A DNA stretch of 64,000 bases, from contig JBHHUN010000002.1 of the NCBI GenBank assembly GCA_046753765.1, positions 1,570 through 65,569 on the forward strand. The letters are read 5' to 3'. Of the stretch, positions 28,396 to 38,076 are shown piece after piece (the first letter of the stretch is position 1; every line of letters begins with the position of its first letter). Source of the stretch: Candidatus Dojkabacteria bacterium (lineage in GTDB: Bacteria; Patescibacteriota; Dojkabacteria; B142; OLB20). The notes below the pieces were generated by a model. It saw only the letters and a program-made list of their open reading frames with translations. It was not told the DNA's origin and ran no database searches. The translations under genes were made by a program, and so were the position numbers.

Positions 28396-28899
28396 ATGAA
28401 GGCTCCAGAAGAACTGGAAAATGAAAATTCAGAACGTGAAAGTGATACTGAGTCACTTGAGCAGCAACTTGAAACAGCAAAAAATGCACACCTTACGGTG
28501 TTGGCTGACTTTCAAAACTACAAGAGGCGCGTTCAAGAACAACAAAGTATCTTGAAAGTCGAAGCCACCGACGAATTGCTGATGAGGCTTACAGGTATAA
28601 TTGATGACTATTTGCGCTCGCAACAGGACAAAAAAAGTAAAACTGAGGCGAAGTTGAAGGGATTGCAACTGGTGTTTGAAAAACTTGAGGCAGTCCTTGA
28701 AGAAAGTGGATTAGAAAAGATCTCTGTCAAACCTGGTGACAAGTTTGAATCTGAAACAATGGAAGCTATCACAACTGCTCCAGTTTCGAAGAAGAAGCAA
28801 GAGAATACAGTGATCGAAGTAACGTCGGAAGGCTACCGCCACACGAGTACTGGACGTATTCTTAAAACTGCGAAGGTAATAACTGGAAAATTTAAATAA
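28396..28899 (+). CDS. grpE: nucleotide exchange factor GrpE
   Basis: Coiled-coil N-half and C-terminal beta domain (RHTSTGRILKTAKV); located between hrcA and dnaK. Confidence 0.85.
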   Translation: MKAPEELENENSERESDTESLEQQLETAKNAHLTVLADFQNYKRRVQEQQSILKVEATDELLMRLTGIIDDYLRSQQDKKSKTEAKLKGLQLVFEKLEAVLEESGLEKISVKPGDKFESETMEAITTAPVSKKKQENTVIEVTSEGYRHTSTGRILKTAKVITGKFK

Positions 28900-28923
28900 A
28901 TTTATATATTAAGTTTTTTAACA

Positions 28924-30876
28924 ATGTCAAAAATAATAGGAATTGACCTAGGTACAACTAACTCAGCGATGGCTGCAGCAACAGGCGGAAGCCCCGACCT
29001 TATTTCAAATAAAGAAGGAAATCGCACAACTCCATCAGTTATCTCAATTAGTAGCGACAACAAAGAGGAGTTGGTAGGAATAAGCGCCAAAAATCAGATG
29101 GTAACCAATCCTGAGCAGACCTTCTACTCCATTAAAAGACTTATTGGAAGACGCTGGGATGATCCAGAGATCAAACGCGACCAGGAATTACTACCGTTTG
29201 AGATTCGAAAGAGCTCAAAGGGCGGTGTAGAGATCAAGTTTGGAGATAAATGGCTCGCACCGGAGGCAATATCCGCAAAGATACTGGCAAAGCTTAAGGC
29301 TGATGCTGAGGCATTTCTGGGGGAGACAATAAAGGAAGCTGTTGTCACTGTTCCAGCATACTTCGACGACGCCCAGAGACAAGCAACGAAAAACGCGGGT
29401 AAGATTGCCGGATTGGACGTAAAGCGAATTATTAACGAGCCAACCGCAGCAGCACTAGCATATGGTCTTGATAAAGAAGGCGAGAAGACCATCGCGGTTT
29501 ACGACCTTGGTGGTGGAACGTTTGATATCTCAATTCTCGAGATTGGTGACGGCGTTTTCGAAGTGAAATCCACCAATGGAGATACTCATCTTGGTGGTGA
29601 TGATTTTGACCAGATGATTATTGACTGGTTAATCAGTGAATTTAAGAAAGATCAAGGTATTGATCTCAAAGAAGACCCCGCAGCTCTTCAGAGGCTTAAA
29701 GAGGCTGCTGAGAACGCAAAGATTACGCTCTCCTCTACCGAAAAGACCGAGATCAACCTTCCCTATGTAACCGCTGATGCCAAGGGGCCGAAACACATGC
29801 GTAAAGAGATGACCCGTGCTGACCTTGAAAAGCTTGTTGGAAAACTGGTAGATGACACATTTGAACCTGTAAGGAAAGCCCTCAAAGATGCAGATATTGA
29901 CATCAAAGAGATAGACGATGTTGTGCTGGTTGGTGGAATGACTCGAATGCCTATGGTGCTTTCTAAGGTTAAAGATTTCTTTGGACGGGAACCGCATCAG
30001 GGAGTAAATCCCGACGAAGTAGTCGCTGTCGGAGCTGCAATACAGGGTGCAATTCTTGCCGGTGATTCATCGGTGAGTGATATTACGCTGCTTGATGTGT
30101 CCCCGCTTACACTGGGACTAGAAACGCTTGGAGGGATCAGAACGCCACTCATAGAGCGAAACACTACAATCCCGACCGAAAAGACACAGGTGTTCTCTAC
30201 TGCTGCAGATAATCAACCGGGGGTAGAAATTCATGTACTGCAAGGCGAACGTGAAATGGCAAAAGACAATAAAACTCTTGGAAAGTTTATTCTTGATGGC
30301 ATTCCGCCTGCACCAAGAGGTGTCCCGCAAGTTGAAGTGACTTTCAAGATAGATGCAAACGGAATCCTCAATGTTTCTGCAAAGGACAAAGCGACAGACA
30401 AGGAGCAGTCAATTACAATTACCGCTTCAACCCAGCTAGACGACAGTGAGGTTGACACGCTTGTAAAAGAAGCTGCAGAAAAGGCCCAAGATGACAAAAG
30501 CGCTAAAGAATCAGCTGAAGCCAAGATTGAAGCTGAAAGTCTAGTGTTCCAGGTTGAAAAGTTTGTGGACGAGATGAAAGACAAACTAGAGAAAAAAGGC
30601 AAGGAGGAGCTCACCAAGCTTGCGGATGAGCTCAAGGAGATGAATAAAGAAGGTGTTGACGTTGAGAAACTTCAGGCAAAGACAAAAGAACTTACCCAAA
30701 AGCTTCAAGAGAAAGGTGCCGCAATGTACCAGCAAGCAGCGTCGGAAGTTGACAAGGAAGAAGCTGAAGGTGGCAAAGACAAAAGTAGCGAGAATGCAGA
30801 TAAGCAGGGAAGTGAGAAGGCGGTAGAGGGCGAGGTAGTCGACGAGAAAGACAGTAAAGATAAGGGAAAGAAGTAA
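28924..30876 (+). CDS. dnaK: molecular chaperone DnaK (Hsp70)
   Basis: [18 protein letters not shown] and the substrate-binding domain, with a long acidic/Lys-rich C-terminal tail. Confidence 0.95.
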   Translation: MSKIIGIDLGTTNSAMAAATGGSPDLISNKEGNRTTPSVISISSDNKEELVGISAKNQMVTNPEQTFYSIKRLIGRRWDDPEIKRDQELLPFEIRKSSKGGVEIKFGDKWLAPEAISAKILAKLKADAEAFLGETIKEAVVTVPAYFDDAQRQATKNAGKIAGLDVKRIINEPTAAALAYGLDKEGEKTIAVYDLGGGTFDISILEIGDGVFEVKSTNGDTHLGGDDFDQMIIDWLISEFKKDQGIDLKEDPAALQRLKEAAENAKITLSSTEKTEINLPYVTADAKGPKHMRKEMTRADLEKLVGKLVDDTFEPVRKALKDADIDIKEIDDVVLVGGMTRMPMVLSKVKDFFGREPHQGVNPDEVVAVGAAIQGAILAGDSSVSDITLLDVSPLTLGLETLGGIRTPLIERNTTIPTEKTQVFSTAADNQPGVEIHVLQGEREMAKDNKTLGKFILDGIPPAPRGVPQVEVTFKIDANGILNVSAKDKATDKEQSITITASTQLDDSEVDTLVKEAAEKAQDDKSAKESAEAKIEAESLVFQVEKFVDEMKDKLEKKGKEELTKLADELKEMNKEGVDVEKLQAKTKELTQKLQEKGAAMYQQAASEVDKEEAEGGKDKSSENADKQGSEKAVEGEVVDEKDSKDKGKK

Positions 30877-30925
30877 CCTTACGCATGCAAATGCTCAAGG
30901 GCCCTGCAATTATGTGGGGCTTTTG

Positions 30926-31669
30926 TCACCAGAGTAACTTCAGGTGGTTGAATTTTTCAACATACTTGTCTTCGGCTTTATCACTCGCAAGAATCTCCTC
31001 CACAACGTCAGCTGAAAACTGACTTTCGTGTGAGGTAAGTGCTTTCCTCTTGTTTTCTAGAAGGTCAGTGTAGTCGATCTCTGTATTGACCCTGAAGTCC
31101 CCTGTGAAGAGCAACTCAAAAACGGAAAATGGCTCGATGTCGTCTTCGTAGTGTTCTGGAAAGAAAGAACGATCTCTTGAAAAAGGGTAGACCGCGTCAA
31201 GTACGCTGCTACCAACATTTCTATGGTCTCGATGGTTGACATAATGACCACCCATATCATCTAGGCTATAGTAGTATCCGTTGGGCTCATGGGTGCAGAC
31301 AATATCAGGCTTGTTCCTGCGGATGACCTTGGCAATATCTCCAATCAGTTTCATATCATTTTCTACCATACCATCAACATAGTGCAGACTTGAAAAGGAT
31401 TCTTTGCTTAAGCCAAGGGCGTTAAGTGAATTCGTCTGCTCTGTAGACCTCTTTTTGGCCAGAAGCTCCTCGCTAATTTCTTTATCTTTACTCCCTTTCG
31501 CTCCTAAAGTTACAGCCACAACAGCGACTTCCTTATCATCATCTGCCAATTTTGCAATTAACCCACCAAAAAAGACATCTACGTCATCAGGATGAGCAGT
31601 GACAAAGAGGATAGACTTTTTGTTTGCGAATATGTCGCAATAAGAATTCAACCTCTTAGTCATGATCAT
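30926..31669 (-). CDS. PIG-L/LmbE-family N-acetylglucosaminyl deacetylase
   Basis: AHPDDVDVFFGG (HPDDE motif) and later HxxH residues of the LmbE-like zinc deacetylase fold. Confidence 0.7.
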   Translation of the reverse strand: MIMTKRLNSYCDIFANKKSILFVTAHPDDVDVFFGGLIAKLADDDKEVAVVAVTLGAKGSKDKEISEELLAKKRSTEQTNSLNALGLSKESFSSLHYVDGMVENDMKLIGDIAKVIRRNKPDIVCTHEPNGYYYSLDDMGGHYVNHRDHRNVGSSVLDAVYPFSRDRSFFPEHYEDDIEPFSVFELLFTGDFRVNTEIDYTDLLENKRKALTSHESQFSADVVEEILASDKAEDKYVEKFNHLKLLW

Positions 31670-32039
31670 GGAACAGTTGAATTATGTTGCCTTCCGGATC
31701 TTTAGCAGTCACAACATCATAGTCGCCTGTTGGAGATACCTTAGGCTTGGAAATAAATTCCACTCCCTTTTTTGATAGCTCCTCGTGTGCCTTGTAAACA
31801 TCATCTACCTGGAAACCAATCATAATTCTAAATGGATCCTTGCTCTTACCTTTAACCCCAGAGTGATTCCCGATCCAAAACAACACCGATCCGTCACCGA
31901 CCTTTAAGGTTACACCGGTGTCGTCGGGCAAACTAATCTCTTCCTCTTGTGCAAGTCCAAACATCTCCATATACCAATCCGCTAGCTTTCTATAATCCTC
32001 AGTCCAGATCATAAAAGAATCGATCCGCGTGATTTTCAT
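31656..32039 (-). CDS. VOC-family (glyoxalase/PhnB-like) protein
   Basis: WIGNHSGVKGKSKDPFRIMIGFQVDDV. It is paralogous to the adjacent gene. Confidence 0.55.
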   Translation of the reverse strand: MKITRIDSFMIWTEDYRKLADWYMEMFGLAQEEEISLPDDTGVTLKVGDGSVLFWIGNHSGVKGKSKDPFRIMIGFQVDDVYKAHEELSKKGVEFISKPKVSPTGDYDVVTAKDPEGNIIQLFHDHD

Positions 32040-32057
32040 AAAATATTAGTTAAAAAA

Positions 32058-32465
32058 TTAGTTTCCCAATTTTCCCATAAATTGCCAGCTATTTCCATCA
32101 GGATCCAGGAAAGTGCAAACGTATACAGGATTATCCTCGCTTGAAAAAGGCGTTAATATGGGCTTTTGTAGAATTTTGACACCAGCCTTCTCTACTTTCT
32201 CAAACCATTTCTGGACATTATCCGTACGAAGGTTATGCATAATCCTTAAAGACTCTTTACTTTTCCCTTTGACCCCTGAGTGCTTACCGATCCAGACTAT
32301 AGGTGTTTTGCCGCTTACAAGTTCATAGCCATAATCGGCTTCCAAACCATCTTTTGCAGGGATATCAACCTTTTCATTCACCTCCAGCTCAAGCACGTCA
32401 GTATAAAATTTAACGAGTTCGTCCGGATCTTCTGACCAGATCAATGTATAGATTCCTTTGAACAT
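32058..32465 (-). CDS. VOC-family (glyoxalase/PhnB-like) protein, tandem paralog
   Basis: WIGKHSGVKGKSKESLRIMHNLRTDNV; same architecture as 31656..32039. Confidence 0.55.
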   Translation of the reverse strand: MFKGIYTLIWSEDPDELVKFYTDVLELEVNEKVDIPAKDGLEADYGYELVSGKTPIVWIGKHSGVKGKSKESLRIMHNLRTDNVQKWFEKVEKAGVKILQKPILTPFSSEDNPVYVCTFLDPDGNSWQFMGKLGN

Positions 32466-32491
32466 CTGATGTCTCTAATAAATAAAAACTA

Positions 32492-33694
32492 CTATGTGAA
32501 CTCCCTGTACAAGTTTCGGACAATTCCCGGTATCTCCTCAGCTCTTTTTGCCTGCTCTTCCCTGAAAGCCCTGCCTCGTTTTCTAAACTTCATCACCTCA
32601 TCGTAACTAAAGCCTTTAAGTAGTCTTTTAACAAGTTTTTTTCGGTTAGGTATCCACTCACCAAGCCCTTTTTCTTCAATAAATGCTCTATGAGGCAGCT
32701 CTTGACCAGGTCTCGTTTTATAAATTATGAACGGCCCACACTCTGACTCTAGAAGCTCGTTTAGTGTAGCTGGAGCTATTCCACCCAGAATGGGAAAGTC
32801 ACAGCTATACTGAAGCAGGGCGTAAACTTGAGGATCAATCCAGGGGACAGGAAAGATATTGCTCCAGTACCTGAATTTTTTATTCTTCTTGATCAGTTTC
32901 TCAAAAAATTTGTTATCACTCCCAGCGATTACAAAATACTGGTACTTATCTACTAGTGAAAGGTCTTCTTTTTGTTCCCTTGTAAGTTCTTTAAGCAATG
33001 GGTAAGTTTTCCTTGCGTATATTGCCCCTGCAGTTATCAGTACAGTAGTTTTGTTTGGATCAATATATGTGTAAGGAAAATAGTTTAACGTCTTCTTAAG
33101 CGCCTTCCTGGCCTCATTTTTGTCTTTGTACTGCGAAGCTACTTTTTTGAAGATTGGTTTTGGGTTGTATCCGGCCAACAGAACGTCTTCTTCACTATCG
33201 GCAATGTTTTTTATCGCACCTTGGCGTGTCCACTCTTCGAAGACCATTATCTTATCAGATCTGAACGGCTTAAACTTTGGATTCATTAATTTTGACGGTG
33301 GGCCGTAGTCGGGGATGCAGTTTACAATAACGGCTTTAGACTTTAGTAACTTTTTGGCTACAGCAAAGTGCATACTGAGTACAAAATGTGTCGAAAGAAC
33401 TATGTCAGGGTCTTCTTTTTTAAGTACCTTGTACACCTCCCGGAAAAAATTGATCGTGGCAATCAGAAAAAAATCTGAGATATAACGGGGCGAAAAGAAA
33501 TATAGAAACTCGTGCATAAACGGTACCAGGTTATGTATAACCGTGTCTGCCCTCTCCAGTGCCTCTCCAGGGTGATCGAATTTTACGGAATTAAACTCTT
33601 CAAGGTCACTAACCTGCCCATGCAAGAAGTCACGCAGTGCAATGTGCCCACCACCAACTTTTACGGCGCCTTGTAATACTTTAATCCTTTTCAT
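32492..33694 (-). CDS. GT28-family glycosyltransferase (MGDG synthase/UgtP-like)
   Basis: N-terminal VGGGHI (GxGH) motif and overall MGDG-synthase-like layout. Confidence 0.5.
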   Translation of the reverse strand: MKRIKVLQGAVKVGGGHIALRDFLHGQVSDLEEFNSVKFDHPGEALERADTVIHNLVPFMHEFLYFFSPRYISDFFLIATINFFREVYKVLKKEDPDIVLSTHFVLSMHFAVAKKLLKSKAVIVNCIPDYGPPSKLMNPKFKPFRSDKIMVFEEWTRQGAIKNIADSEEDVLLAGYNPKPIFKKVASQYKDKNEARKALKKTLNYFPYTYIDPNKTTVLITAGAIYARKTYPLLKELTREQKEDLSLVDKYQYFVIAGSDNKFFEKLIKKNKKFRYWSNIFPVPWIDPQVYALLQYSCDFPILGGIAPATLNELLESECGPFIIYKTRPGQELPHRAFIEEKGLGEWIPNRKKLVKRLLKGFSYDEVMKFRKRGRAFREEQAKRAEEIPGIVRNLYREFT

Positions 33695-35115
33695 TTACGG
33701 ATGCTCTCACCCAAAAGAGTTACCAGTTCATCTATCGGAACACGTTTCTGTTCCATCGTGTCACGGTCACGAACGGTTACCTGTTTGTCTTTCAGGCTGT
33801 CAAAGTCAACCGTTATGCAAAATGGTGTCCCTATCTCATCATGACGCCGATACATCTTACCTATGTTTCCTTTATTTTCGTATTCACTGTGAAAGTACTG
33901 ACTAAGCTCAACATAGATATCTTTTGCGAGATCGGCAAGTTTTTCATCTTTCTGAAGCGGAAAGATTGCAGCTTTTACAGGTGCTATCCTTGGGCTAAGC
34001 TTTAAAACAACCCTGCTCTTCCCGTTCTCAAGCTCCTCCTCATTGTAGGCATCTAATAGCAGGATCGTAACCAGCCTTGAGAGACCAAATGTCGGTTCGA
34101 CTACCTCGGGCATTACACGCTTGCCATCCGGATATTTGTAGCTCAGGTCCTGACCACTGTGTTTCGAGTGATTTTTCAGATCAAAGTCGGTTCGATATGC
34201 ACATGCAAACATCTCCTTGAATCCCCAGGGGAATTTGTACTCAAGGTCCTCGGTGTGATCTGAATAGTGGGAGAGCTCAAAGTCTTCCTGTGGTCTCCAG
34301 CGAAGCATCTCTGGTCGCAATCCAACCAACATGGCGTAGTCGAAAATCTCTTCTTTCCAGTAGTCAAATAAGTCCTTCCACTTGTGGTCTTTCGGGTCGA
34401 AAAAGTACTCAAACTCCATCAAATCAAACTCAAGAGTTCTGAATGTGAACTTACCCTTTGTGATCTCGTTTCTGAAGGCTTTCCCTGCCTGTCCAATCCC
34501 AAAGGGGAGTTTAGGATGCATTGAGTCAATAATGTTCTGGAAATTAATGAACAAACCTTGTGCAATTTCTCCGCGTAGATAGGCCTTGTTTTTGTCACCT
34601 TCAATGATTCCTATCCTTGTTTCAAATAGTTGGTTGAATTTTCTGGCTTCGCTAAAGTCATTCCCATCAGGTGATTTGATCCCGAACTCCTCAATTATCC
34701 TCTGAAGATCCTCGGCAGGGAGACCATCCACTTTAGTAAGCCTCTCTTTGTCTTCCGCACTGATATCGGCTTCTCCTGCAAAATCTTCAATGATATGATC
34801 AGCCCTATATCTCTTATGGTTTTTCATGTCCTCGACCATAATGTCACCAAAGGTCTCAACATGTCCACTTGCCTCCCATACTTTCGGATTAATAATCACG
34901 CTACTATCAATACCAAACATATCCTGTCTGCCAGAGATAAACTTCTCCCACCAGAGCTTTTTGAGGTTCTCCTTAAGCTCAACTCCGTAGGGACCGTAGT
35001 CGTACGTGTTAGCAATACCTCCGTAGATCTCAGACGACGGATAGATAAACCCACGTCGCTTTGCAAGTGCAGTGATTGTATCCAGTTCCACTTCCTGGCC
35101 CTTCTTCTTTTTCAT
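33691..35115 (-). CDS. glyQS: glycine--tRNA ligase, alpha2 (eukaryote/archaeal-like) type
   Basis: N-terminus LAKRRGFIYPSSEIYGGIANTYDYGPYGVELKENLKKLWW is the hallmark of dimeric GlyRS. The class II motifs and anticodon-binding C-terminus are present. Confidence 0.85.
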   Translation of the reverse strand: MKKKKGQEVELDTITALAKRRGFIYPSSEIYGGIANTYDYGPYGVELKENLKKLWWEKFISGRQDMFGIDSSVIINPKVWEASGHVETFGDIMVEDMKNHKRYRADHIIEDFAGEADISAEDKERLTKVDGLPAEDLQRIIEEFGIKSPDGNDFSEARKFNQLFETRIGIIEGDKNKAYLRGEIAQGLFINFQNIIDSMHPKLPFGIGQAGKAFRNEITKGKFTFRTLEFDLMEFEYFFDPKDHKWKDLFDYWKEEIFDYAMLVGLRPEMLRWRPQEDFELSHYSDHTEDLEYKFPWGFKEMFACAYRTDFDLKNHSKHSGQDLSYKYPDGKRVMPEVVEPTFGLSRLVTILLLDAYNEEELENGKSRVVLKLSPRIAPVKAAIFPLQKDEKLADLAKDIYVELSQYFHSEYENKGNIGKMYRRHDEIGTPFCITVDFDSLKDKQVTVRDRDTMEQKRVPIDELVTLLGESIRK

Positions 35116-35338
35116 GAGTATAAAACAACTGAATTATAGATAATAAAAAGTCCCCTAAACCAACTACTCCTAGTTGACTTAGGGGACTCTATATGAGCGG
35201 TTCCACCCCATTTCCCCTACCTAATGGTAGAGACATCTTTAATTGCTTTCAGATAAATTGCCATTCAATCCTGTCAGTTTTCACTATATCTCTGACTCAC
35301 TGTGCTCAGATAATACCATGATACTGAAATTCTGCAAA

Positions 35339-36124
35339 TCATTTCTGTCCGAGGAAGATTTTCTGCACCTCTTTTGGGTATGAACTCACGTCTTCTGGGA
35401 AGATCTGAACCATCTCTCGAAGCATGTTCTCTGCATTGACCACCAGTTTACTCTCTTCGAGCAGTTGTTTAATCCCAGCCTTCCCTTTTTTCGAGTACAC
35501 TCTCAAGTACTTCTCTTTGCGTTTCTGAATCTGCCCCCATTTAGCATCAACCTCAAACTTCGGATGTTGCCTAAGCCTTTCCAAAATAGCGTCGATTTCC
35601 TGCTCAACACTGAACTTGCTGTTATCTATTAGAAGATTATACTTACGCTTAATTAATTCAACGTCAAAAACGTCTACATCCCATAGCTTGATGTATTCCT
35701 GTTGGAGTGTCTCGTCTCGTCTTTCGAGGCTCTCCTCACCTTTACGTTTATCTGCCTTTGCTCTTTTATTACGCTGAGTCTTATTTGCTTTAAGAAATAT
35801 AGAGTAGACCTTGGGATGTTTACCTATGCGGAATGCACTCATATCAGATTCAACTATTATTCCCGAATAATTGGTTAAGATATGGTCAACGTATTTATCA
35901 AACGTTTTGCCAACAGTTGGCTGCAACATCCGCTCGTTTTCTATACTCATGGTCGGGCCGTGTTCGTGTAGGAGATCGTCCAAGTATCGCATTACGCGAC
36001 CAATGTAGTAATACTCTCGCTTAAGGATAAGGGCGAGCATGATTGTTAACGTAGATGTTCCAACGCCTACCCACCCAGATAAGGCTAAATTCACGAGATC
36101 ATCCTTTTTTTCTGCGGTTGCCAT
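35339..36124 (-). CDS. cytidylate-kinase-like family protein with lysine-less P-loop, Lys-rich C-terminal extension
   Basis: LALSGWVGVGTSTLT where GxxGxGKST is expected. Later blocks (VYSIFLKANKTQRNKR; YNLLIDNSKFSVEQ) match the Cytidylate_kin2-type family. Confidence 0.4.
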   Translation of the reverse strand: MATAEKKDDLVNLALSGWVGVGTSTLTIMLALILKREYYYIGRVMRYLDDLLHEHGPTMSIENERMLQPTVGKTFDKYVDHILTNYSGIIVESDMSAFRIGKHPKVYSIFLKANKTQRNKRAKADKRKGEESLERRDETLQQEYIKLWDVDVFDVELIKRKYNLLIDNSKFSVEQEIDAILERLRQHPKFEVDAKWGQIQKRKEKYLRVYSKKGKAGIKQLLEESKLVVNAENMLREMVQIFPEDVSSYPKEVQKIFLGQK

Positions 36125-36884
36125 GTTTTGTACGAACTTCTTCTAAAAACATCAAAGATTTAAGATCAGCCTCAAGAATACCTCTTATCCATGAATCCTG
36201 AATTGATTTTACCCTATTCTCGAGCTGTAGGTTAATCTTGATTGATTTAATCAACCCCAGACTCTTTGAGAGGAGCAACCTTTGCAGCTTTATTACAGTA
36301 TTTGAAACTGTAGTTTCAGGGTAATCAAGTGTATTGAAGTGCTCTGAGCAAAGGTACCCCGCCATCCCCTTGCTGGCTGCTATTCTTGCAACATCTTCTT
36401 TAAGTTGTTGCCCACAATGCAGACAACTTGTTAGATCAGGACCAAACCCCAGGTAGTCGAGAAGCTTTAATTCAAGCCCCAACATTAGTGCAGAGTTTTT
36501 GTAACCAGATTGAGACATTAAGGTCAGAAAGTTTTGGAGTGTTTTGTAAATCAGTTTGCTATCAAGATCCACAGAAAGAAACCTGTCCAGGAGTTCGAGA
36601 ATATAAAATATCTCAGAGATGGTTGGAAGATCCCTTTTAAGAACATCAAAATCGTCTACGAGCTCTGCCTCTGTAACGATATCCAGGTTCTTCCCTTTAT
36701 GGAAAGCAAAGTTTACAAGGTTCAAAAGGTCAATATTTCCGGCCTTTCTACTGAGCGGCTTGCGTGCACCCTTGGCTACAGCTTCAATCTTTCCATGGTT
36801 TTTACTAAAAACGATGACCAGCCTATCGGCCTCACCAAGGGGCCGAGTCTTTAGAATATAGCCAGTGTCGCGGTATGATCTCAA
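36099..36884 (-). CDS. recO: DNA repair protein RecO
   Basis: N-terminal OB-fold (GYILKTRPLGEADRLVIVFSKNHGKI) and a C-terminal zinc-binding CLHCG...C. Confidence 0.75.
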   Translation of the reverse strand: MRSYRDTGYILKTRPLGEADRLVIVFSKNHGKIEAVAKGARKPLSRKAGNIDLLNLVNFAFHKGKNLDIVTEAELVDDFDVLKRDLPTISEIFYILELLDRFLSVDLDSKLIYKTLQNFLTLMSQSGYKNSALMLGLELKLLDYLGFGPDLTSCLHCGQQLKEDVARIAASKGMAGYLCSEHFNTLDYPETTVSNTVIKLQRLLLSKSLGLIKSIKINLQLENRVKSIQDSWIRGILEADLKSLMFLEEVRTKHGNRRKKG

Positions 36885-37366
36885 TTTTTCGACTGATTCA
36901 ATTTATCTACTATCTTAGTGGTTGAGTAGCCCTCCAGCCTTGGTAGTAACAGCAGCTTTCCACCTGCTTTTTCTATATACTTGCGTTTGTTGTCAACACC
37001 GCTGTCGCCTTCTACAGCTACTAGCATGTCCGGTTCAACGTCAAGTACAAAGTCACGCAGCCCTTTCCAATCTGTCTCCCATGGGAGAATATAGTCGACA
37101 GCCCCAAGTTTGCCAAGCTCACTTACTCTGTCTTTCAAGATTTTAATTGGTCGATTAGATCCCTTTCGCTGCCGGACAATTTCGTCACCAAGGATAACTA
37201 CAACGAGCTTATACTCACTATCTAGTCTGGCTAATTTTTGACTGACATGGTTTAGCATCCAGGTATGACCATTGTGCAACAGGTCGAACACTCCAGTTAC
37301 TAAAGCAGTTTTGTGCTCAGAGAAGATCTGCCTTGATTGCTCAGCGTTTATAATTTTGTCAGTCAT
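36881..37366 (-). CDS. cytidylyltransferase-fold nucleotidyltransferase (RfaE domain II/TagD-like)
   Basis: VTGVFDLLHNGH (HxGH nucleotidyltransferase motif); 161 aa. Confidence 0.6.
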   Translation of the reverse strand: MTDKIINAEQSRQIFSEHKTALVTGVFDLLHNGHTWMLNHVSQKLARLDSEYKLVVVILGDEIVRQRKGSNRPIKILKDRVSELGKLGAVDYILPWETDWKGLRDFVLDVEPDMLVAVEGDSGVDNKRKYIEKAGGKLLLLPRLEGYSTTKIVDKLNQSKN

Positions 37367-38072
37367 TCCAGGTTACTAACGCGACTGGTGTTTGTTCAGT
37401 TGACTGTCCGAGAGGGTTATCGGCGAAGGCCCGCCGGAGTGTTTCAGTATCTTTCCCGCTCAAACCGTAGCTCGCAAGCACATTTTGTCCGATGTCATTA
37501 GCATCAATGATCACGACGGGTAGACTAATACTCTTGCTTATCTGCTTTGCCACTTTTCCAGGATCATCCGGAACAAGCACAGCCGACTGATTGTAAGGGG
37601 GAATTGTGTAGGGTGTTGGTCCGTCGATCCCTCTCGCCTTTGAACCTGCGACTCTGTAGAACATCCCCTTAATTCCGAGCGGCTTTGTGACCGCCGCTAC
37701 AAAAAAAGCCAGGACAATTCTTGGAACTCCAACATCTTTGAGTGCCAACTCCATTGTTTCTGGCATGCCGAGGCCTATTCCAGCCTTTGTTTTAGTAACA
37801 AAGCGTGCCAGAAATTTTGCGAGCTTTGAGGGTTTTATATCATCCATCAGGAAGGCCCTTCCTTGTGATGCCGCAACAGCTTTCTCTCCTACAACAACAA
37901 CTCTGTGTCCATCGTCAACCAGATCTTTCAGAGGATTCACAACAGAACTCACGACCTGCACCACATCGTCTCCATTGACAATCAGTTTGGTTCGTACCGG
38001 ATATCGCTTCACAACCTTTTCCCCTATTGATATCTCAAGCTTTTTGTTTGAATTCGGTGACGGGAGCTTCAT
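37359..38072 (-). CDS. F420-0:gamma-glutamyl ligase (CofE)-like domain protein
   Basis: Tentative family resemblance only. The start is probably the internal MKLPSPNS (38072), which avoids overlap with asnB. Confidence 0.35.
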   Translation of the reverse strand: MKLPSPNSNKKLEISIGEKVVKRYPVRTKLIVNGDDVVQVVSSVVNPLKDLVDDGHRVVVVGEKAVAASQGRAFLMDDIKPSKLAKFLARFVTKTKAGIGLGMPETMELALKDVGVPRIVLAFFVAAVTKPLGIKGMFYRVAGSKARGIDGPTPYTIPPYNQSAVLVPDDPGKVAKQISKSISLPVVIIDANDIGQNVLASYGLSGKDTETLRRAFADNPLGQSTEQTPVALVTWND

Positions 38073-38076
38073 GTGT

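Noticed and set aside
30692-30898. Various 60-130 aa ORFs antisense to dnaK, the RNR genes, the P-type ATPase and others in the six-frame track
   Set aside because: All lie wholly inside strongly supported genes on the opposite strand and lack motifs. They are treated as non-coding shadows.
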